Assembly: GCF_006345805.1 (NCBI RefSeq)
Contig: NW_021835665.1
Location: forward strand, 1 to 25,844
Reading direction: 5' to 3'
Source: Octopus sinensis
Lineage: Eukaryota
Length of the DNA: 25,844 bases
Shown: piece after piece, positions 11,981 through 23,303 of the stretch
Layout: every line of letters begins with the position of its first letter
Position numbering within the stretch: position 1 is the stretch's first letter
The notes under the pieces: generated by a model
What the model was told of the DNA's origin: nothing
Database searches by the model: none
What the model saw: only the letters and a program-made list of their open reading frames with translations
Translations under genes and position numbers: made by a program

Positions 11981-12351
11981 GCTGCAGCATTTACTACAGA
12001 GATAGTCCCTTTAAAGAACGAATGTGCTAAAGACAATACATACTTCAAAAACAGGCAAAGTAAATGACGATTTTCGCTTTTGTTTTACCTCATCTCTGTT
12101 GTGTTCTGTATTCGCCTCGACACGAATTCGACTCGCTGTAGTACAGTATATACAGACAGAAAAAACCTATCCACTGACGTCACATGCTTAATACACGTAT
12201 GTTGGTAAGCACTTTTAGGTTGCGGTATTTTGTCTAGGGATGGACGACTTAAAGACGAAGATTGTTAAAATCGACCACCGTACACTTCAAGGTCAGAACG
12301 AAGCAAATTGCCATGGAAACTGATGAGAATAATAAATATCGGTATTTTACT

Positions 12352-12463
12352 ACTGCGTGGCACCTTGGGCAAGTGTCTTCTACTATAGCCTCGGGCCGAC
12401 CAAAGCCTTGTGAGTGGATTTGGTAGACGGATACTGAAAAGAAGCCCGTCGTATATATGTATG

Positions 12464-12515
<52 letters not shown>

Positions 12516-12715
12516 TGCGTTTGTCCCCCCAACATCGCTTGACAACGGATGCTGATGTGTTTACGTCCCCGTAACTTAGCGGTTCGGCTAAAGAAGACCA
12601 ATAGAATAAGTACTAGGCTTACAAATAATAAGTCATGGAGTCGATTTGATTCGACTAAAGGCGGTGCTCCAGCATGGCCACAGTCACATGACTGAAACAA
12701 GTAAAAAAGTAAAGA
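12352..12715 (+). mobile_element. SINE family A, 5'-truncated, with internal (TA)n(TG)n
   Basis: Colinear with 1-333 and 5032-5393. Confidence 0.92.
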
Positions 12716-13394
12716 AAATTTAATTGCTGGACAATTGAAACTTAAGCTATTATAGCTCTGGGGCTTTACTCTTGATGGGAAGGACGGGATCTTAAATATT
12801 CTATTATCTGTGATTGTACGTCTGTATACGCTGCTAGGACATTAATTTCAAGCTATATAAGTATAAATGTGTCAGTATTTCAACACATTTGTCCGTTCTG
12901 ACGATCCTCTATATTGAAATCCTGTGATTGCTTATCTCAAAAGATTTCTGTCTTTTACACCTGTAGACGTTAGATATAGTTTACCTAACAAAGAGTTGTG
13001 AGGGTGTACCATTAATTATGGATGCTGTTATAATGATAGTACGTTATACCAACGTGAAATTAATTGCAATGTATATCTTGAAAAGGACATCGGATTACTT
13101 CAGACTTGTTCAGACCTTCACAAGCAAAAGTGGATTTCTTCACTGAAAATTCCAAATGTGAATGAATAGATTGAAACTGATTTGAAGTGAAGATAAGAGC
13201 AAGCTTTAATCTCCTAACGAAATTACTTTTTCTACACTTTATTCTAAACATTACGTAAGTTTTATATAAGAAAACTGACATATAAAATTTTATAGGAGAA
13301 GCGATAAAAAAAATGTAAAATTCACGATTCTAATACTTTTTTTCTCCGGCTGAAAATAAATTTGATTATCGGATTGAAAAGATTGTGAAAAAGT

Positions 13395-14191
13395 CAGATA
13401 AAATGCCTTGCAGTATTGGTTCCAACTGTTTGTAATCTGAGCTCGAATCCTGCCATGGTTCACTTTGCTTTTGATCTCTCTAGAGTCGGGAAAATTAAAT
13501 AGCATTCAAATAATGGCGTCCCTGGCATCGATTAAGTCCCTCTCCTTAGAACCACTTGGTTCGTACCTTGACCAGAAGTCATTAGAAGGATGCTGCGTCC
13601 GAAGAATATTTAGAGGTTAGGAAGAAAGTACCTTGCAGTATTTCTTTTAAGTCCTTAGATTCTAACTCGATAACCAGAGCATGTCAACTTAGCTTTTACT
13701 CCCTAATCAGGGGTCGATAAAATAAAGTACTAGTCTGCTACTCATTGTGGTTAATGATGAAATCAGAAAACCATTTTTATAAGCCAGCATTCGGGCAGAA
13801 TATCTAGCGCATCGCACAAAACGCTTAGCAGCATTTCTTCGGGTTGTTTATACACGAATTCAATTACCACCGAAGTTAAGTTTGCTTTTTATCATTTTGG
13901 AGTCGATAAAATAAAGTACCAGTGAGATAATGGAGTTGAAATAAATGACTTACCCTTGTCCCTTAAAACCGCAGGTCTTGGGCCCAAATTTAAATAAATT
14001 ATTATTACTTTGAAAGCAACCTGCCTGACAGGATCTGTAGCTCATCCGACACGATCGTTTCCTAGCTCAACGTTCGGTGTCCCATGCTTTGAGACGAAAT
14101 TCCGCCGTGGTCCACTCAGCACGAAGGAAGTCAAAAGAAACTTCGCTAAGGATTTTGTCTGACGTACTAACGATTCTAGAAGCTCGATACC
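13395..14191 (+). mobile_element. cluster of decayed SINE family C copies (13395-13520, 13621-13734, 13793-14008, possibly 14016-14116; minus-strand head at 14144-14191)
   Basis: ccttgcagtatt at 13406 and 13631; gtcgataaaataaagtac at 13713 and 13902; a(c/g)tt(t/a)gctttt at 13462, 13687 and 13879; (ATT)n tail ~13998-14006. Confidence 0.65.
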
Positions 14192-14834
14192 TAGGGCAAT
14201 ATAATATAATACAATGCATTATCTTTTGATATTGTTAACTTTCGTCGAATTTAAACGGTCTCTTCTTTGATTCTTTGGAGCTACTCTGTAAAAGCCATTA
14301 GAAATAGTGAAAAGACGACTGTGGCAACAGAACATACAACTACTTAGAAGTTAGTAATAACATTTCGCTTATACTCTCTAAGAAATCTCTGTTGTAATCT
14401 TGAATTTCTTTCATCTTTTTTTTTCTTATTTATTTAGATACGTATTATTTCCCCCATTCGTATTTCGTTTGTGAAGAAATGAAGAGAACAAATATATTAT
14501 ATACAGAATTAGGATTAAAACTCGGATTATAATTAAATACCCTGGTGATTTTTTTTCCTTCGTCTCTGGTTCTTTTAAAGTTTCCATTAATCTATTCGTT
14601 TTTGTTATTAAATAATGCAAAAATTAGTTTCCTTTTCTATAATTACAAGCTGTAACCAGCGATAAGAAATTCTAATCGAATTCCAATATTTTCGGAATAG
14701 TTTCTAACAAAGAATGAGGAGTGTATTTACTATAGTTCTCGTTTATTATCCTATTTCTGCAATCTCTTTTTCATTCTCACTTCATCAATTTCCCGCATTG
14801 ATAATACTCAGCTCATGGGTGTTGGGGAACCGAC

Positions 14835-15238
14835 AAAGAAACTGTAAATTAAATTCTCTCTTACAAGATTTAAGTAATATCTCTATTCAACATTTAAGAA
14901 ACGCAAGAATCGAGCGGGAAGGACTATAGGTAGTTTCACAGCGTACTAGAAATACTAGCTAATTCTTCTTTTTATCATGCATTGGCGTCTTAAAGCAGAG
15001 GCTTTAGGTTATATCTTCATGCTTATCCTAGAGAACAAAGAGCGGTTATTACTAGAATGCTTTTGAAAGTGGGTCCCATGATCAAAGAAACGGTAAATTA
15101 AATTTTCCTCAAGATTTAAGTAACATCTTTATTCAACATTTAATAATCGGAAATATCGAGCGGAATGCACTGTAGTAGCCTTGTAGTATGCTAGAAATAC
15201 CAGCAAATGTTTCTTTAATTCATACTTTAGCGTCTTAA
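14835..15238 (+). repeat. diverged tandem duplication, ~249-bp period (aligned cores 14835-14993 and 15084-15238)
   Basis: aaagaaac(t/g)gtaaattaaatt...caagatttaagtaa...tattcaacatttaa...atcgagcgg...ctagaaatac...gcgtcttaa present twice. Confidence 0.85.
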
Positions 15239-15252
15239 GTAATGTAAGGAGA

Positions 15253-15587
15253 AGGCGCATGGCTCAGTGGTTGGAGCGTCGAGCTTACAATCGTGAGATT
15301 GTGAGGTCGATTCCCGGACCGGGCTGCGTGTTGTGTTCTTGTGCATGAGACTTTATTTTATGTTGCTCCAGTTTACTCATCTGTAGAAATGAGTTGTGAT
15401 GTCACTGGTGCCAAGCTGTATCGGCCCCTTTGCCTTCCCTTTGGATAAAACCAGTGGCATGGAGAGAGGTGACTGGTATGCAAGGGCGACTGCTGGTCTT
15501 CCACAAACAAACTTACACGGACAAGTGCCTCGGAGGGTAACTTTCTAGGTGCAATCCCATGGTCATTCATGTCCGAAGGGGGTTTCC
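15253..15587 (+). mobile_element. SINE family D, full length, CORE-SINE-like, perfect 13-bp TSD
   Basis: A-box tggctcagtgg (15260-15270), B-box-like ggtcgattcc; ccagtttactcatctgtagaaatgag resembles the MIR/CORE consensus cagtttcctcatctgtaaaatgg; TSD taatgtaaggaga at 15240-15252 and 15588-15600. Confidence 0.93.
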
Positions 15588-15655
15588 TAATGTAAGGAGA
15601 CGTTAGATAATATACTTTTGTTTATCTTTAAAACAATAAACTTTTATTATTGTTT

Positions 15656-15693
15656 TTATTCTTTTACTTGTTTCAGTCATTTGACTGCGACCA
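15656..15693 (-). mobile_element. SINE family A 3'-terminal fragment
   Basis: tcttttacttgtttcagtcatttgactgcg is the reverse complement of the family A tail. Confidence 0.8.
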
Positions 15694-15963
15694 GGGTGTC
15701 ACGAAAACGATGAGATGTGAGTTCGAGTTCCACGCGTACGGGAAAACCTACTTTTTTCCGTCGAGAGCTTATATGACACATTATTAGACTATTTTCTTTA
15801 GTAATCATTTATAAGATTTAAGTACGATGATCACTTATATGCACAGTGGTTGCTCATAAATTTTAAGCCTATAAAATAGTATTATTATTATTTACAGAAT
15901 TGTAAAAAAAATCGATGCTGCTTATCAAGAACCATCGCACACACACACATAGGAGCAGGTACG

Positions 15964-16032
15964 ATGCAGTAGGATTGAACCCTGACACGCGTGGTTAGGG
16001 AGAAAACTTCTTACCACACAGCCACGTCTGCG
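15964..16032 (-). mobile_element. SINE family A head fragment
   Basis: cttcttaccacacagccacg as at 11951-11969 and 571-590. Confidence 0.75.
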
Positions 16033-16195
16033 ATAACAAAGTCTCCACAATTGGGGTGAGCTGGGAATAAGCCACAGGATTTACGAGAGGCGGTTTCTAG
16101 AAACATTTATTAAATAATCTTATTTGTGTTGTCATTATCACTCTCATAGTTGGAAAATATATATATACTATATCTTAAATGTGAGGAGATGTCAG

Positions 16196-16372
16196 ATGCA
16201 AATATAAATTTTTATGCAACGTTATAACATACATAGGGCTACGGACGTAGCACGACTTTTTTGCCTTTCATATTGATTGCAAATTAGAACAAATTATGTT
16301 TCCATATTTGCATTAATATGCATGCGCGGCATTATACGATGCAATTATATTTTAAAACACATCAATGCAAAT
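16196..16372. promoter_or_regulatory. candidate POU/octamer motif cluster
   Basis: Perfect ATGCAAAT at 16196 and 16365, ATTTGCAT at 16306; 7/8 matches at 16277 and 16339. Confidence 0.35.
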
Positions 16373-16736
16373 AGACAAAGCTAGTCCATCATATAAGCAG
16401 AACCTCATGGTTAACCAAGGTTTGAACTCTCTTACAAAGGGAAATTAATGATACATGAACAACCTTGTGAAACGGCCGTTGTACTTAGGGATTCTTAAGG
16501 TTAGACAAACACATATTCGACTCCGAACTTTTCTGAAATTTATACTTTATATGCTCGTTTCGAAAATACTTTATTGCTTGCATGTTCTGGATTTCACTTG
16601 CATGACGCTCTACATTACACTTCTCTGTAACGGATTATTATGGATTATTATGTGAACTGTTAGCCGAGTCCGTACGAACAGCTTTCTGTGACAACCACAC
16701 GTTACACTGAATCCACATCTAACATTACTTGTTCAA

Positions 16737-16772
<36 letters not shown>

Positions 16773-17099
16773 GTATATTACATTACTATAGTTACATTCT
16801 GTGTTTGATAGTCGAACAATATTTCATAGTCCGATGAATTTCCATGTTAGTTCGCTTCTGCCAGGTGTATTTTAAACACTTACATTCTAATTTCCGTTGT
16901 GTATTCACATCGTCTGCTTTATATACTTTAATTAAATTTCAGACAATTACGACTGAAAAAATATCTCATAAACATATCTATTATTTCATTTTTGGCATTT
17001 AGTTAATCAATAAATATTAGTGTTTTGAATTCATGAATAATCTTGGTCTATTACTTTCTCTCCCGCAGAAGCTTTTTCTGTATGTGTGTGTCTATGTAA

Positions 17100-17156
17100 G
17101 TGAATGGATTTGGTAGACGGTTACTGAGAGAAGCCCGTCGAGTGTGTGTGTGTGTA
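17100..17156 (+). mobile_element. SINE family A central fragment
   Basis: gtgaatggatttggtagacggttactgagagaagcccgtcg followed by (TG)n. Confidence 0.8.
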
Positions 17157-17159
17157 TTA

Positions 17160-17710
17160 TATATAAAACCATAATTATATTGATATAATTATAATTAAGG
17201 GCAACGGGCAACTGCGAAACAGCATCTGCACGCTTAAGATATACGACAAAAGGATCTAAAAACCGCTTTAAATTTCACTCTATTAACATAAGGATGAAGG
17301 TGGACAAATGAATAAAATAGAATTAGTAAAATTAAGATGTTAAATCTAAATCGTCCGATTTCTGGTTTTGTAACAGAAAATTACTTTCCCGTCTTCTCTT
17401 GAATGTACCAGAAGTACATACTAATATACCCGTACATATACATTTGTAAATACACAAATATATGCATATATCTGCACACATATGAGACAGATTAATTTAT
17501 TATCTCACCCATGTGCATATATGATCAAGGTAATACCACAGTAAATAGCAGATCCGGAGTGAATAAATAAAAATATAAGCATACAATATTAAGGATAAAA
17601 TCAATTAATGATCTTGTTAGTGGCCAGCAATCATTAATGTAAATCATTAATCATTAATGTAAATATATTAATCATTAATGTAAATATATTATTATAAAGA
17701 TATAATTATG
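17160..17710 (-). repeat. inverted block of a ~500-bp AT-rich tandem repeat
   Basis: Exact reverse-complement anchors: 17597-17615/18336-18354 (19 bp), 17520-17534/18419-18433 (15 bp), 17350-17364/18599-18613 (15 bp), 17266-17278/18686-18698 (13 bp). Confidence 0.9.
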
Positions 17711-17711
17711 A

Positions 17712-17808
17712 TTGAGTTTTAGATAAATAAATGGATTTGCATAGTATATAAGTATGCATATATGTAAATATTTGTATATATATGAATGTATTTGTATGGG
17801 TATATATA

Positions 17809-17852
<44 letters not shown>

Positions 17853-18880
17853 GCATTTCTGGTATGTTCTACTGATGATGGTAAAGTAATTTTTGCATTA
17901 CTAAACAAGACATCGGATGATCTAGGATTAACATCATAATTTTGCTAATTTCATTTCAATCATTTGCGTGCTTTCAGTTTTGTGTTAATATACTGAAATT
18001 TATAGTGTTTTATAGAATCTTTTGACGTCTATCTCTAGCATGTAGGTACTGTTTCTCTGTACTTTTAATTATGATTATATATATATATATATTGCAGTCC
18101 GTGCGTGTCACTTAGGCTTACGAGAGAGGGATGATCTCCCTTTGCAAATACCATAAGGGCACAGAAAGTGTGCCTAAAGCCAGCTGGAGACGATGATCCC
18201 CTGGGGCTAAAAGCTACAGTAACACCCACCCTTAGTGGTTAGCCATATTGAGATGGCTAGTATATTTATATATATATATTGATATATTTATACTAATGCT
18301 TACCTGTATGGTTATTTTACATGCTTATCAATGATAAGATCATTAATTGATTTTTTACCTTTAAATATGTATGCAGATATATTTATTTATTCACTGCGGT
18401 CCTAATATTTACTTTGTTATTACCTTGATCATAAAGTTTCGTGGTTGAAATGAATAACTGAATTATGAATAAATATAGATATATGTATATGCTTGTATAT
18501 CTATGAATGTATTTGCGTGAGTATGTATATATATTTACAATCATGTACTTTTGATGTATTCTACTGAAAAAGGTGAGTTAATATTCTTATTAATTAAACA
18601 GAAATCGGACGATCTAAAATTAACCTAATAAATTTTACCAATTTTATGTTATTCATTTGCGCGTTTTCAGCCTTGTGCAAATATAGTGAAATTTAAAGTG
18701 GAGGTTTAGGGCCTTTTGACGTCTATTTCTAGCGTGTAGGTGCAGTTTATCAGTACAATTAATTTTAATTATATTTATATAATTATGTATTTATATTAAT
18801 GGTTACACTTATGGCTTTTTACATGCTGACAAGTGATTAGATCGTTAATTGATTTTATCCATAATTTTGTGTGTATATAC
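17712..18880 (+). repeat. ~500-bp tandem repeat: partial unit 17712-18090, full unit ~18290-18790, partial unit ~18790-18880
   Basis: cttttgacgtctat at 18019 and 18713; ttttacatgct at 18315 and 18817 (period 502). Confidence 0.9.
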
Positions 18881-18895
18881 ATGTATGTACATATA

Positions 18896-18975
<80 letters not shown>

Positions 18976-18976
18976 A

Positions 18977-19011
<35 letters not shown>

Positions 19012-19105
19012 TATATATATTATATATATAATATAAGTAATATATCTTATATGCATACATATATGTACATACCTACATATATATGTATATATACATGCAT
19101 ATATG
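18880..19105. repeat. (TA)n-dominated microsatellite field
   Basis: Direct reading. Confidence 0.95.
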
Positions 19106-19784
19106 GTTACAGAATGTCAAAAAACTTGAACAAATTCAAAAACAAGAATGTAAAAAACAAAAACATAGCAAACGAACGTTTTTTCCGACAATAGAGAAAC
19201 AAGACAGGCAGCATAAGGAACGATCCCTCCATCAGCTGTCTCCTATTTTATCTACTCCGCGTTTCCAAAGTTGGGTCAAGTCGTGGCTTCGTTTAAACAG
19301 TCCTGCCTGCAAAGCAAATTAAATAAAATTTGGGCCTTTTGCGGTGGATTAAAGTGGTAAAATAACAAGGCAGTAAGAACAAAACAGTAAAAGTAAACTG
19401 TTAAGCCATAAGGATGTGAAATGGTGACTCTGGAGAAAGGGCTATGGCAAGAGACAGGCAAAAGTAGGCCTAAACCCTTGTAAAGCGAGAGGAAAAAAGA
19501 ATGATTGCCGGTGGTCACGTGTGAGAAACGAGAGAGTCAAGGAGTAAGAGTGAGGGAGATAGAGGCAGCGAAAGGTACATATATGTATATATATATATGT
19601 ATATATATATGTATATATTCATTTCTTCTAAACTATGTCATTGTAAGAAAAAAAATTATAACATTCTTCAGACATATTGACTCAAATATATATTTTTTAA
19701 CCTTTTAAAAGAAGCCTTCTGTAGTTTTTTCACTTTTTACTATTTTCTATATATTCAACCACGTGCTTTCACAAAACAACTTTC

Positions 19785-19821
<37 letters not shown>

Positions 19822-19855
19822 ATATATATATATATATATATGCATATATACATAT
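19785..19855. repeat. (CT)n-(TA)n compound microsatellite
   Basis: Direct reading. Confidence 0.93.
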
Positions 19856-19919
19856 AATATTTATATTACTATATGATCGAACGCCACGCATCCATTTCCA
19901 AGTAAGTATTATCTTATAT

Positions 19920-20112
19920 GTGTGTGTGTTTGTGTGTGTGTTTGAAAGTCGGTGTTGTAGTATTTACGTCCTCGTAACTAAGCACTTCCTCAAGGGAGGA
20001 TTATACAATAAGTGCTTGGCTTAAACATGTCCGGTAACCGATTCATTCAACAAAAAAATCTTGAGGGCCCCAGCATGGCCGCACTCTAGTGAAAGTAATA
20101 GATAAAAGATAA
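19920..20112 (+). mobile_element. old SINE family A-related 3' half
   Basis: (TG)n, tttacgtcctcgtaact, aataagtgcttggctta, ccccagcatggccgca, gataaaagataaaa. Confidence 0.7.
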
Positions 20113-20741
20113 AAACGGTGTCTGAATTCATTCGCATCTTTCTATCACTTTTTCAAAAAAGGTAACGTAATGAAAATCGTTAAGTATTTTTGGTAGGTGC
20201 GGGATGATGGGGGTATTTTGCCATTTACCTGTCATTTCAGGTGTTTGGAGTGTGAAGCTTCGCAGGTCAACCTAACCTGAGGACCTAACTATTACGGGTG
20301 GAAGGAGATACAATCAGTATCTGTAATATAGCGTGAAACGGTTCGCTCAACAGCAAAGCCATCAAACGAATTCTAGTAGATCAATTGAAAGGCTAGAAAT
20401 AGCAGCCAGATAACACGCGTATTAAAACGATCTACATGCTTCACACTAGAGAGGATACACAGGATATGCCGTCATTGTCAAATGCACAAAACGCGACACC
20501 GGTGGCCTTGATTGGAATATCTATGGCTATATTTCTGCGGTTTAATGAACAACCTGGGGCTAAATAAACAACAACAACACCAACAATAATATATATGTAA
20601 AAAAATTAAACAAATACAAGTCATCTTGAAGTATTCAAAACGATAGGATATTAAAAATCACGATAAAACATAAGCTAAACTTAATATAAAATATATATAC
20701 CTGTGCGCGTGCATAATAAATGCGTGTGATGTGTTTGAGTA

Positions 20742-20744
20742 TGC

Positions 20745-20776
<32 letters not shown>

Positions 20777-20984
20777 CTATATGTATATATATATATATAT
20801 ATATACATATTATGATATATATATTATATATACATATATGATATATATATGTATATATATATACATATATGGCTTATATATATATATATATAATATACAT
20901 ATATGTATATATATATATTATATTAATATATATTACTATATGTATATAATATATATAATATATACATATATATATAATATATAT

Positions 20985-21015
<31 letters not shown>

Positions 21016-21199
21016 GATATATAATATATGTATATATGTACATATATAATATATTTACACACATATATATGTATATATATGCGTACATATTTACACACAT
21101 ATATGTAATATATACATATGTATATATATATATATATATTATATATATATACATGTATATATCTGTATATATATATATATATATATATATAGTGTGTAT

Positions 21200-21231
<32 letters not shown>

Positions 21232-21247
21232 GCGTATGTGTGTGTAG
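20742..21247. repeat. ~500-bp interrupted (TA)n field
   Basis: Direct reading. Confidence 0.95.
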
Positions 21248-21487
21248 ATAAAGATATTGATGTGGAAGGATAAAGAACGAATTACTTCATTAAATAGAAA
21301 TAAGGATCACTCGATATGTCAACGATAGCGTGTAAAATCGTACAGCCATTGATTCATGGTGGTGGTGGGGGGGTGAAGGTGAGAGCGGGGCAGGCTTGGA
21401 ACGAGATAGCCATCCAATAAAGCCGGCTTTGATATGATTTCATCGATAGGAGATGAGATAAATTGGAAAAGCTGTGACACACGAGAA

Positions 21488-21984
21488 TATACATACATAC
21501 ATACACTCATGTATATATATGTTTATATACATATATATTATATATGGATATATATATATATATATATTATTTATATATATTTACATATAAAGTATAATCT
21601 GTATATAAATAAGATATAATACATATATTGATGTTATATATGTATGTATGTGTGCATGTATATATATATATATATATAATATATGTGTGTGTGTGTGTGT
21701 GTGTGTATAATCTTTAATGCGTATCAAATTACATACCTCTTTGAACCTTGAGCGCATAATCGATATCTCGGCTTTGGAATAAATAATATGGTAGCGTTGA
21801 AATTAGTGAAACAACATTGGTTCTTCAGACTCATCGAGGCGGATTAACACACACACACACACACCAACACACCCTCTCTCACATACACACATACACACAC
21901 AAACGTTTGCACACGCACGCATACAACAAAGATACACACACACTCGCAATATAATGAATTGTTATATGTATGCTCAGATATATA

Positions 21985-22029
<45 letters not shown>

Positions 22030-22033
22030 ATAT

Positions 22034-22091
<58 letters not shown>

Positions 22092-22130
22092 TATTTACAT
22101 AGTGTATATTTCTATATGAATATATATATG
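21488..22130. repeat. compound (TA)n/(TG)n/(CA)n fields with a short unique spacer
   Basis: Direct reading; spacer ~21710-21846. Confidence 0.9.
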
Positions 22131-22280
22131 TATTTTCATCTATAATTATTCATGTGTGGAGATATATTTTTATCGTTTGAAATCCATAGCAACTGGTTAT
22201 GATAATCCCCCAAAACATTCCGGGTAGGTTTAACCTCTAATCATACACCCGGAAAACAATGTTTATATACTACTGTTCAT

Positions 22281-22295
22281 TTATCTACCTATCTA

Positions 22296-22387
<92 letters not shown>

Positions 22388-22388
22388 C

Positions 22389-22424
<36 letters not shown>

Positions 22425-22540
22425 ATATCAATCTATCTATCTATCTACACACACACTCACACACACACACATACACACGCACACACACACACACACATAC
22501 ACACGCACACACACACACACACACCACACACACACACACC
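22281..22540. repeat. (CTAT)n followed by (CA)n
   Basis: Direct reading. Confidence 0.95.
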
Positions 22541-23303
22541 AAGCAATTATAAAGAATACATCTATTTTCTTATCCAGAAAAACGAACCCGGATTTACCAA
22601 TCAGAAGAATTACAGCGAAAGTGATCATTGATGTCTATTACTACATGATGAGGTCAGTGGAAACCGGGAATATACTTCAGAGCTATTGCAATACTCTCCT
22701 GGATAATCTATTACGTTCAGGAGTGCCCGTGTGTTAAGTAGCAGAAGTGGTTGTGTGGCGCAGGAGCGGCTGTCTTTCTGGGGCTAACATTTCTATCTCG
22801 ACATCGTCCACAAAACATTTTTCTATTGAATGTAGTTTGTTAACTATTGTGCTTCTTCTGAAGCGTTTACCATTCTTCATGTCTTTTAAATGCTATTCTT
22901 TTCGACGGTAGATTAATTACATATGTAATCATGTAGGATTTCTTACTGACTGGTAAGAGGATTTATTAGAATGTAGATATATGTATCAGTAGGGCGCCAG
23001 AAATGGTTAGATTCAATGACCTATGTTTCGTAGTGAGGTCAAGACGTTATCTTGTGTTGGTAGGATATTGTAGATACATAAGTATCAAATCCAATGTATA
23101 TCCGATTCATGGCTGGTTCTAGGTTCAGCGTAGGGGAAATTTACTACACCTGTTTCCTTAGGATATTATTGATGTTTTCATAGATTAAATCATATTCTTT
23201 AATCCACTATCTCCTATTTAAAAAAAACGCATTTGTGTTCGTTTTTAAGTGTGAATGTATATATGTTGTGTTCGAGTTCATATTTATCTATATATATATA
23301 TAT

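Noticed and set aside
10772-12067. ORFs of 65-179 aa rich in YI/HT/CV/LSIY (also 6374-7082, 18833-19194, 20781-22628)
   Set aside because: Dinucleotide and tetranucleotide microsatellite translations, partly running into SINE sequence.
12175-12182. Perfect CRE palindrome TGACGTCA
   Set aside because: A single 8-mer without supporting promoter context.
17069-17095. 27-nt micro-exon between a strong acceptor (tttctctcccgcag) and gtaagt
   Set aside because: Content is TG-repeat-like and the donor overlaps a SINE fragment; most likely a pseudo-exon.
19195-19270. GAAACGCG and CUGAUGG on the minus strand
   Set aside because: Core box is broken and no consistent stems I-III form in any hammerhead topology.
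21358-21394. G-rich tract with G-quadruplex potential and a nearby CCAAT
   Set aside because: Only two runs of three or more G; simple GGT repeat origin likely; no other promoter evidence.
22578-22738. Acceptor followed by a 53-codon open frame (KTNPDLPIRRITAKVIIDVYYY...)
   Set aside because: No recognisable homology or strong donor; runs into SINE-head fragments; length within chance.
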